Below, one piece after another: positions 56,695-64,000 of a DNA stretch of 64,000 bases (the stretch's first letter is position 1; every line of letters begins with the position of its first letter). The position numbers and the translations under genes are program-made. Below the pieces are notes generated by a model. The model did no database searches, was not told where the DNA came from, and was given only the letters and a program-made list of their open reading frames with translations. The DNA lies in assembly GCA_964569605.1 (NCBI GenBank), contig CAZMUJ010000099.1:6072-70071 (forward strand), given 5' to 3'. The stretch is from an uncultured Acidobacteriota bacterium. Lineage in GTDB: Bacteria > Acidobacteriota > UBA6911 > RPQK01 > CBDAPI01.

Positions 56695-57447
56695 TTAATA
56701 GGTGGCTCTCCCACCACTGACGTCATAACATTGTCCAGTTACGAAACTTGAATCATCTGAAGCCAGAAAGTGAATCACCGCAGCCACTTCTTCAGGGGTT
56801 CCCACTCTGCCGAGAGGAATTTTGCTCACCATGTAGTCAATGTGTTCCTGGCTACACTGGTCCAAGATTTGGGTCTGAATGACTGCGGGGGCAACACAAT
56901 TAACCCTCAAGTTGTCAGACACAACTTCTTTTGCTAGTGCCTTGGTAAGTCCGATGACAGCGGCTTTGGTTGTCGAATACGGAGCAGCAAGAGGGTTGCC
57001 CTCCTTTCCAGCAATAGAGGATACGTTGATGATTCGTCCTTCTTTGCGTTTTCTCATGTGAGGTACGACGCCACGACAACAAAAAAAGACGCCGTTAAGA
57101 TTAACCTCCACAATCCTCGTCCAGTCTTCGTCGGTCTGTTCCCACAAAGGGACACTTTTCCCAGCAATTCCAGCGTTATTGACCAGAATGTCGATTTGAC
57201 CAAATCGTTTTAGCGCCAGGGCAACCATTCTCTCAACATCTTTGCGGACGGAGACATCTGCACCAATAATGTGGAAGGTATGTCCTGCAGCGGACAATCT
57301 AGCGCCAGAATCTGAGGCAGCCTCGGGATCAATATCTACTATACATACCTTAGCCCCGTAATCGGCCAACCTATGCGCTGTAGCTGCACCAATCCCTGTG
57401 GCTGCTCCTGTTACAATAGCTACTCGTCCATCTAAGCGAAAACTCAT
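56695..57447 (-). CDS. Short-chain dehydrogenase/reductase (FabG-like)
   Basis: TGAATGIG, LVNNAG, NVSS, YSTTK, NCVAP, GQCYDVSGG. Confidence 0.92.
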   Translation of the reverse strand: MSFRLDGRVAIVTGAATGIGAATAHRLADYGAKVCIVDIDPEAASDSGARLSAAGHTFHIIGADVSVRKDVERMVALALKRFGQIDILVNNAGIAGKSVPLWEQTDEDWTRIVEVNLNGVFFCCRGVVPHMRKRKEGRIINVSSIAGKEGNPLAAPYSTTKAAVIGLTKALAKEVVSDNLRVNCVAPAVIQTQILDQCSQEHIDYMVSKIPLGRVGTPEEVAAVIHFLASDDSSFVTGQCYDVSGGRATY

Positions 57448-57813
57448 TTTTTACCCCTTTTCTCACATATATCAAAAGGCTGATCTTGTCTTTCAGTTTG
57501 TATAGCAATGGAAAGTCAATCAGAGTAATTGAAGATAACATTGCTATAAACTATAAGATTAACAAAAAATATGAATTGGATATATAAGTTGTGTCTTTGG
57601 TTTAAGAGCACTACATCTTTGGAAATCAATTCTTAATTAATGTAATATGGTCGCTATTTTTGTATTAGAGTCAGGGTAAATACATACAAGCTGAATTCTT
57701 TCTGTTTGCGCAGGCATGTCAGTTGTCGAGCTAGGGTTCTCGCAAAAAGGGAATAAACAATGAGAGCGTTCCAATAGGCAACAGAAAATTTTCTGAGCAG
57801 GTCGTTTCTTCTA

Positions 57814-58164
57814 ATGAAAGAAAATACAAAAGCACGAATTCTTTATTGGAAGGAGATTCCAGCTCAGGTGCAAGCCGAGGATAATAAAGGGAAGATATCC
57901 TATCCGCTTGCTAGCCGTTTTCAAGAGGGGATTGACAAGATTGCTATGCTAGATGGTAGTCACAATTCAGAAAGCTATTTAGATGGATGGGTTTGGGGAG
58001 AGTATTCAGCGGTAGAGGGTACAGCAGAAGAAGCGGCTGTCAGACTAGCGGATAGGTACAATGAAGGTTTTCCGAACGACTTTGTAAATAAAATTAAAAA
58101 ACTTCAGGTGACGGGTGAGAGAAGGCCTTATCCTGGGGCTGTAGACGAATGGATTTCTAAATAA
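57814..58164 (+). CDS. Virulence_fact (PF13769-like) domain protein
   Basis: LYWKEIPAQV, RFQEGID..AM, YLDGW pattern. First gene of the methyltransferase cluster. Confidence 0.7.
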   Translation: MKENTKARILYWKEIPAQVQAEDNKGKISYPLASRFQEGIDKIAMLDGSHNSESYLDGWVWGEYSAVEGTAEEAAVRLADRYNEGFPNDFVNKIKKLQVTGERRPYPGAVDEWISK

Positions 58165-58199
58165 AAAAGGACTGAGGATATTTTGCCGAGGCTGGTCTA

Positions 58200-58892
58200 A
58201 TGGAGAAAAGCCCTATGGTCGAAAAAGTAGTCGACAACTCGCTTTCTGTAATTGAAGTTATTAAGCGATACGGAAAATGCTTGGATTTAGTTCCGATGGA
58301 TCCACACTTCAATAATATTACCGTAGGAATTTATGTAAAAGACGAAATCATTACTGTCTGGACTTACAGTAAAAAAAGTGGTGTGACAGAAAGAATTAGA
58401 TGCATCCGTGATCAAGTATTGAAATTGGGTGGCCTCGTGGCTGTGAATAATACGGTGAACCAAGCACGATTTTCTTGTGGTGTGCTTCACGTTAAACCTC
58501 TTAAATTTTTGATTAGTCAGGCAGTTGAAAAAGCACCTGACTATACTTATCCTGCTGGGAAACTTTCTATAAAAGACACCAAAACTGACCTGACCCTGAA
58601 TGTTCAGGGAAGTAAAAGAGATGCTAAATGGATCTATCAAATTTCAGCTGAAGGTGACCCCGAGAAAATTTCCTGGAGACTCGCTGCTGTGCAAACCGGT
58701 TTTATTCGTTATGGAGAAATGGAAAAGGTTGAGGAAAACACTGTAGCTTTTTCTTGTGGACAACGTCACGATGAATTAGTCAGACTACTTCTACCATACT
58801 CGCGCAACATAAGTGCGGTTGAAACGATGCTAGAAGAGTCGGCGATGAGAGGACAATTAACTACAGAAACTTCTGGGTTTTCTCCTGTCTAA
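58200..58892 (+). CDS. Hypothetical protein with internal duplication (two FSCG-x-x-H motifs)
   Basis: 230-aa ORF in-operon; ARFSCGVLH and VAFSCGQRH repeats. Confidence 0.75.
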   Translation: MEKSPMVEKVVDNSLSVIEVIKRYGKCLDLVPMDPHFNNITVGIYVKDEIITVWTYSKKSGVTERIRCIRDQVLKLGGLVAVNNTVNQARFSCGVLHVKPLKFLISQAVEKAPDYTYPAGKLSIKDTKTDLTLNVQGSKRDAKWIYQISAEGDPEKISWRLAAVQTGFIRYGEMEKVEENTVAFSCGQRHDELVRLLLPYSRNISAVETMLEESAMRGQLTTETSGFSPV

Positions 58893-58942
58893 TGATTGGA
58901 TCTAAAGGTTTTAGTGATAAGAATTTTTGAGGATTAATTTGT

Positions 58943-59980
58943 ATGGCTTTCCTTGAAACGATGAAACCACGCGATCGAGTTTTGAATGCCTTAATGGGCA
59001 AACCGGTTGATAGGCCACCCATATCCAACCCTACAAATGTTGCCACAGTAGAGTTAATGGATTTGGTTAATGCCCCCTTTCCAGATGCTTGCCGAGATCC
59101 CGAATTAAATGCGAGACTAGCAGCTACGGGCTACACTGAACTGGGCTTTGACAGCATAATGCCTGTTTTCAGTATTATTCAAGAGTCTTCAGCGTTAGGT
59201 TGTGAGATGCAATGGGAAGTCAAGGACAACTGGCCCACGGTAAGAATGTACAAGCCCATATGGGAAGAACCAGAAGATATTCGAATTCCCAAGGATTTCC
59301 TTACTCATCCCGATAACCGGTGTGTACTCGACTCACTTTCCATTTTGAAGAAACAGTACGGTGATGAAGTTGCCATTATTGGAAAGGCGATGGGACCCTG
59401 GACTCTTGCCTACCATGTTTTTGGCGTGCAGCAATTTCTGCTAATGAGCATTGATAATCCTGGCAAGACTATGCAATGTCTAGATCGTCTTAAAGAAATA
59501 TCTGTTCTGTTTTGCAAGGCCCAAATTGAAGCCGGTGCCGACGCACTCACTTTTCCAGATCACGCAACTGGAGACTTAGTAAGTGGAGAATATTACCGAA
59601 AGTTTTTACTAGAGCTCCATCAGGAAATGGTGGATCGAATCTCTTGTCCTCTGATTCTGCATATTTGTGGGCATACTCTGGACAGACTAGATTTTATTGC
59701 CCAGACAGGTATGGCCTGTTTTCACTTTGATTCCAAGAATGATCCGAAGAAAGCAATGGAGATTGCAGGGGGACGAATCCAGCTGGTAGGCAATATAAAC
59801 AATCCGGAACTTTTGTACGCACGCGGCCCCGAACAAGTTCATGAGGCAGTCTATGAATGCATGGATGCGGGTGTCGATTTAATTGCTCCCGAGTGCGCCA
59901 TCCCCTTGGCAACAAGATTAGAGAATCTGCTTGAGATCCCAAAAGCTGTCAAGGATTGGTGTAAAGATAATTCGAACTAA
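58943..59980 (+). CDS. MtaA/CmuA-family (UroD-fold) corrinoid methyltransferase
   Basis: RVLNAL.GKPVDRPP, GPWTLA, QIEAGAD, Zn motif LHICG ... APECAI, GNINNP. Confidence 0.88.
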   Translation: MAFLETMKPRDRVLNALMGKPVDRPPISNPTNVATVELMDLVNAPFPDACRDPELNARLAATGYTELGFDSIMPVFSIIQESSALGCEMQWEVKDNWPTVRMYKPIWEEPEDIRIPKDFLTHPDNRCVLDSLSILKKQYGDEVAIIGKAMGPWTLAYHVFGVQQFLLMSIDNPGKTMQCLDRLKEISVLFCKAQIEAGADALTFPDHATGDLVSGEYYRKFLLELHQEMVDRISCPLILHICGHTLDRLDFIAQTGMACFHFDSKNDPKKAMEIAGGRIQLVGNINNPELLYARGPEQVHEAVYECMDAGVDLIAPECAIPLATRLENLLEIPKAVKDWCKDNSN

Positions 59981-60004
59981 TTCCTAGCTACTCATTTTCA
60001 CATC

Positions 60005-61048
60005 ATGTCTAAAATCGTCAGATCTGCCCAGGATTTCGTCATTATCGGAGAAAATATTCACGCCACTCGGATCGTTTTATTGAAGGGAATCCGAGTTGCT
60101 ACGCTCGAAGATGGAACGGAAGCAGTTTTCTTTCAAGATAAGTCGGGTGAGAAACGTTTCATGCCCATTCCAGAGAGCTATAAAGAAACTCAGCCCTATC
60201 AACAGGGTCACGTGAAACATTATATGATTGCGGTGCTCAAAGGACTCAGCGGGAACCCAGATGATCAGGCACAAGGCAAGGCCTACATACATTATGGGGT
60301 TAAACGTCAGGTGGATGCTGGGGCTAAATTTTTAGATTTGAATGTCGACGAAGTGTCCTATCAGGTAGATATTCAAAAAAAGGCGATGGAATGGCTAGTC
60401 AGAACCGTTCAGGAGGTTTCTCCTATTCCCCCTAGTGTGGACTCTTCCAATGCTGAAATCATTGAAGCCGGATTAGCTCAGTACGATGGCCGTGCCGGTC
60501 GCCCTATGTTGAACTCCCTTGCTCTCGAGCGTCCACAAACCCTTGATTTGGTTGAACAATTCAACGCTAAGATTATCTTAACTGCAGCAGGTGCTGAGGG
60601 AATGCCGGCGGACGCAGCTGAAAGAGTATCCAATGTGAAACAGCTAATGGAATTGGTTGAGGAGCGAGCAATTCCACTGGACGATGTTTACATTGATGGT
60701 CTTGTGTTTCCTATCTCTGTGGCTGCAGATTATGGACAGCACTATTTAGATGCTGTGGCTGAATTACGAGAGCTTTACGGTCCTGAAGTTCATATAACAG
60801 GGGGATTAAGTAATGTTTCTTTTGGGTTGCCCCAGCGGAAGCTAATCAATTTAGCATTTATTCATTTGGCTTTGGAAGCAGGCATTGATAGTGGGATCAT
60901 TGATCCAGTTCAGTGCGATATTGAAGGAATTCTAGATCTAGACATTGAGTCAAATGCTATCCGTATGGCCCGTGATGTTCTTTTGGGGCGAGATGAGTTC
61001 TGTGTGAATTATCTGAAGGCCTGGAGAGAGGGAAGGCTAGAGGAGTAA
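60005..61048 (+). CDS. Pterin-binding methyltetrahydrofolate:corrinoid methyltransferase (AcsE/MetH-pterin-like)
   Basis: IIGENIH, LDLNVD, SVDSS, MLNSL, IDGLVFP, GLSNVSFGLP.R, GIIDP. Confidence 0.88.
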   Translation: MSKIVRSAQDFVIIGENIHATRIVLLKGIRVATLEDGTEAVFFQDKSGEKRFMPIPESYKETQPYQQGHVKHYMIAVLKGLSGNPDDQAQGKAYIHYGVKRQVDAGAKFLDLNVDEVSYQVDIQKKAMEWLVRTVQEVSPIPPSVDSSNAEIIEAGLAQYDGRAGRPMLNSLALERPQTLDLVEQFNAKIILTAAGAEGMPADAAERVSNVKQLMELVEERAIPLDDVYIDGLVFPISVAADYGQHYLDAVAELRELYGPEVHITGGLSNVSFGLPQRKLINLAFIHLALEAGIDSGIIDPVQCDIEGILDLDIESNAIRMARDVLLGRDEFCVNYLKAWREGRLEE

Positions 61049-61126
61049 ATGTTTTAAGCGTGACAAGACCAATAGAACTTTGCGAAAAACAACAAGGGAT
61101 TAGCTGCAATTGGTAAGGAGAAAAGA

Positions 61127-61858
61127 ATGGCTATCGTAAATGAGGGGCTTAAAAAAGAGCTGGTTCATGTGACACGCCCAAATGAACTGAAACATATCAG
61201 CGATCTTTTTGCAAAGGCGGATCCATTGATGCAGGATATCAGCTACGCGCTTATCATAGGCAATCAGCACGACGTAGACAGGCTTACTAAGCAGGCTCTT
61301 GAAGGGGGATATGCAGCAAACACTGTATTAGATGATGGGCTTATTGCGGGGATGGCTCTAGTAGGTGTTAAGTTTAGGGATAACATCATTTTTGTTCCTG
61401 AGGTTCTAATTTCCGCCCGTGCCATGAAGGCAGGCATGGCTCACCTAGAGCCGATCCTTTCGGCTTCCGACATTCCTCCACTCGGAACTGTCATCATGGG
61501 AACAGTCAAAGGCGACCTGCATGACATTGGCAAGAACCTCTGTATCATGATGCTGCGGGGATCTGGTTTTACAGTTGAGGATCTAGGAGTCGACACAAAA
61601 CCAGATGACTTTATTGACGCAGTCATGGAACATGGAGCACAAGTTGTTGGAATGTCGGCGTTGCTAACGACAACAATGCCTAATATGGGTAAGACCATCC
61701 AGGCTTTTGAAGAAGCAGGACTGCTAAGTAGGATAAAAACCATGGTGGGAGGAGCCCCGGTCACTCAGGAATTCGCTGATGATATGGGGGCGGATGCCTA
61801 TGGAAAGGATGCAATTGCTTGCGTGGAAAAAGCAAAAGAAATGTTAGAAATTCAATAA
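61127..61858 (+). CDS. Corrinoid (B12-binding) methyl-carrier protein (MtaC/MttC-like)
   Basis: Cap domain (GLIAGM..VG..F...IFVPEVL.SARAM) plus GDLHDIGKN (DxHxxG), MSALLTTT, VGGAP. Confidence 0.93.
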   Translation: MAIVNEGLKKELVHVTRPNELKHISDLFAKADPLMQDISYALIIGNQHDVDRLTKQALEGGYAANTVLDDGLIAGMALVGVKFRDNIIFVPEVLISARAMKAGMAHLEPILSASDIPPLGTVIMGTVKGDLHDIGKNLCIMMLRGSGFTVEDLGVDTKPDDFIDAVMEHGAQVVGMSALLTTTMPNMGKTIQAFEEAGLLSRIKTMVGGAPVTQEFADDMGADAYGKDAIACVEKAKEMLEIQ

Positions 61859-62055
61859 CGAATGTGAAATTTGAAGGCATTGCCTCTAAAAGAATCAATG
61901 AGCTGTGTCAATGTTAAACGCTGATAAATAAAAAATCTTTAAAGCTACAACTCTTGTAGGCCCTGTTCTCCATTTATAATGGGTAATTGTCTAAGAAAAT
62001 GCTTATTATTGTGAAGGCAAAAGGTAATAGGAAACAAACTACAAAACTATAGCCT

Positions 62056-62307
62056 ATGAGCTCTCAGGTTAGCACCGATAAAAAAAAGCTAAGGGAAAGT
62101 CTTGATCGTCTATGGGAGATATACAAGGATATCGGTCAGACTGTTAACAAAGTGTCTCAGTTGCGTTGTCCCTACAAGAATAAGGATGATTACTGTACGG
62201 CACTCTTTGGCTGTCGTTACCAGTTATACAAGGACGGAAAAGACAAGCCGGCTCTTTGTACAGGAAGTGACAAGTTAAACTACCGGAGCGCTTGGGAAAC
62301 AGAATAA
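62056..62307 (+). CDS. Small four-cysteine hypothetical protein
   Basis: 83 aa; RCPYK-x4-C-x5-C-x14-C; 9 bp upstream of the RACo gene. Confidence 0.7.
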   Translation: MSSQVSTDKKKLRESLDRLWEIYKDIGQTVNKVSQLRCPYKNKDDYCTALFGCRYQLYKDGKDKPALCTGSDKLNYRSAWETE

Positions 62308-62316
62308 ATACTCCCC

Positions 62317-63942
62317 ATGCCTCGAATTTTCCATAATGGCCAGGAATTAGAACTGGTCGCCAACCAAACCATCTTCGATTATGCAGATGAATTGAAGGTT
62401 CGTGTGCCCACCTCTTGTGGGAGAAATGGTGATTGTCACGAATGCGTGGTGCAGATTTTGAAAGGCATGGAATCCTTGTGTCAACGGACCGAAGCAGAGA
62501 ATTTTCTATCCGAAAACTATCGGCTTGCTTGTCAGGCTAGAGTAACAAACACAGGATCAAACGTTGAGTTCTCCCTACTTCACCGACAACCCAAAATCCT
62601 TACTCATTCTACTCACCGAAGGGTAACGATCAATCCTCTCATCAAATGTCGTGAAAACAGTGTTTACTGGCAAAAGACTAAGATTGATCGATACAGGGGA
62701 AATCTTTTTGGGTTGGCTGTTGATCTTGGAACCACTACGGTTGTTTTTAACTTGGTCGATTTGCAAAGTGGAGAGGTATTGAGTACGAGTTCCTTTGAAA
62801 ACCCACAGCGTTTCGGGGGAAGTGACATCATGCACCGAATCTCTTATGACGGTGGACAATTTCACGGTGAACTTCAGCAAGCGATTCTTTCTGGATTAAA
62901 CTTCGAAATCCGAGAAACATGCAGGGAAATCGGAATTCCAAAAAGACATATCTATGAAGTTGTCATTGTAGGAAATTCTACTATGCGCGACATCTTCTTT
63001 GGTTTCGATGTCCAATCCATAGGAGAAAAACCTTACAAATCGCTTACCGAACACGAAATGCTTCGTGGAGATCGGAAAACGACTGCTCTTAACATACCGG
63101 CAAGAAATCTGGGTCTAAAAGTTTTCCCAAAAGCCAACGTATATGGTGGCCCCTTAATTGCGTCTCATGTGGGGGCAGATGTGGCAGCAAACCTTCTTGC
63201 GATCGGGATGGACCACGAAGATAGTACGGTCATGCTTATTGATGTAGGAACTAATACTGAAATAGTAGTGGGCCACCGAAATCAAATGATGGTCGCTTCT
63301 TGTCCTGCAGGTCCGGCTTTTGAAGGAGGAGAAATCACTTATGGGATGCCTGGTTATGAGGGGGCAGTCGAAGCAGTAAAACTTGAGGAAGGTGAGGTTA
63401 AGTGGCGCACCATAGGGAACACTTCTCCTGTAGGAATTTGTGGCTCCGGTCTGATCGATCTATTGGCAGAGCTTCGTCGTGCCGGTTTAATGACTGAATT
63501 AGGAGTTCTGGCAGACCAGCGCAAGCATTTTGAATTTGTTCCTGGGAAAGGGATGTCTGTCTCGCGGGCTGATATTAGCAGTTTGGCGCAAGCTAAAGCA
63601 GCCAATTTTTGTGGTCAGCAAATCGTTCTTCAGCGTTTTGGAATACCCCTTGAAAAGCTTTCTAAGGTGTATTTGGCAGGAGGATTTGCCAATTATATCG
63701 ATGTCGAAAGTGCACGGGAAATCGGCTTCATACCCGATATTTCTCAGGAGAAAATAGTGAAGGTCGGCAATGCTTCCTTGGAGGGGGCTACTCTTATGTT
63801 GCTTTCAAGGGACCTACGTCAGTGGATGGAAAAGGCGGTAACGCAGATCGAGCATGTCGAACTTGAAACCACTCCGAATTTTTTTGACATTTTTGTAGAG
63901 GGCTGTATGTTTCAGCCTACCAGTCGCTCCCAGATCAAGTAA
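62317..63942 (+). CDS. ASKHA-type reductive activator of corrinoid protein (RACo/DUF4445) with N-terminal [2Fe-2S] domain
   Basis: SCGRNGDCHEC...RLACQ ferredoxin; AVDLGTTT, GNSTM, GGPLIASHVGAD, IDVGTNTE, GPAFEG, GICGSG, GNASLEGA. Confidence 0.92.
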   Translation: MPRIFHNGQELELVANQTIFDYADELKVRVPTSCGRNGDCHECVVQILKGMESLCQRTEAENFLSENYRLACQARVTNTGSNVEFSLLHRQPKILTHSTHRRVTINPLIKCRENSVYWQKTKIDRYRGNLFGLAVDLGTTTVVFNLVDLQSGEVLSTSSFENPQRFGGSDIMHRISYDGGQFHGELQQAILSGLNFEIRETCREIGIPKRHIYEVVIVGNSTMRDIFFGFDVQSIGEKPYKSLTEHEMLRGDRKTTALNIPARNLGLKVFPKANVYGGPLIASHVGADVAANLLAIGMDHEDSTVMLIDVGTNTEIVVGHRNQMMVASCPAGPAFEGGEITYGMPGYEGAVEAVKLEEGEVKWRTIGNTSPVGICGSGLIDLLAELRRAGLMTELGVLADQRKHFEFVPGKGMSVSRADISSLAQAKAANFCGQQIVLQRFGIPLEKLSKVYLAGGFANYIDVESAREIGFIPDISQEKIVKVGNASLEGATLMLLSRDLRQWMEKAVTQIEHVELETTPNFFDIFVEGCMFQPTSRSQIK

Positions 63943-64000
63943 CGCCCTACTCCCTAAGGAAAAGCTGGAATTACTTTGTGGCAGAATGAACCTTTTGGAG

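Noticed and set aside
57448-57813. Expected cobalamin or SAM riboswitch ahead of the corrinoid cluster
   Set aside because: Neither the B12-box/GGGAA...ACTG core nor the SAM-I ATC..GAG core could be found by eye; an Infernal scan would be needed to exclude it.
57814-58164. 'Virulence factor' domain name as evidence of pathogenicity
   Set aside because: The name is historical and the gene context is C1 metabolism.
55267-63942. Reading the cluster as a Wood-Ljungdahl pathway or methanogenesis
   Set aside because: No acsABCD, cooS, mcr or mtr genes in the window; the genes support only methyl transfer between a donor, a corrinoid protein and THF.
1-64000. CRISPR arrays, IS elements, prophage, integrase, introns or inteins (including in nrdJ), rRNA
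   Set aside because: No regularly spaced repeats, transposase/integrase/RT motifs, intein blocks or rRNA signatures were seen; all major ORFs appear intact.

Overview
A 64-kb, gene-dense, fairly AT-rich bacterial segment with about 49 supportable CDS. It is probably from an Acidobacteriota genome (inference from an Acidobacteria-type exported protein at 32839-33669, a PSCyt1/DUF1549/DUF1553 + DUF1501 pair and a cysM-JAMM pair). I found no rRNA, tRNA, CRISPR array, transposase or integrase. The left third is mostly housekeeping: cysM, JAMM peptidase, hemC-hemD fusion, hemB, cytochrome c-FTR1 iron permease, guaB, secA, sat/cysC-gmd-nucleotide-sugar operon, class II RNR nrdJ with tandem NrdR-like boxes, and yggS. 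The middle is a catabolic/transport region: dehydrogenases, aldolase, NRAMP-like carrier, an exported two-domain cyclase-family hydrolase and a peptide/nickel-type ABC transporter. Best candidate for an undescribed system is the five-gene operon at 42481-48399. It encodes two paralogous AlkP-superfamily (Ser-nucleophile) enzymes predicted to face opposite sides of the membrane, a 63-aa RHH-like protein ending in the sulfatase-type RLxxLGY helix, a DUF106/EMC3/TMCO1-like (Oxa1-superfamily) membrane protein, and a PAPS-type sulfotransferase. Second is a corrinoid methyl-transfer cluster (55267-63942): MetF, MtaA/CmuA-type and pterin methyltransferases, corrinoid protein, RACo activator and three uncharacterised proteins. 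All family calls come from motif reading by eye; no database searches were run.
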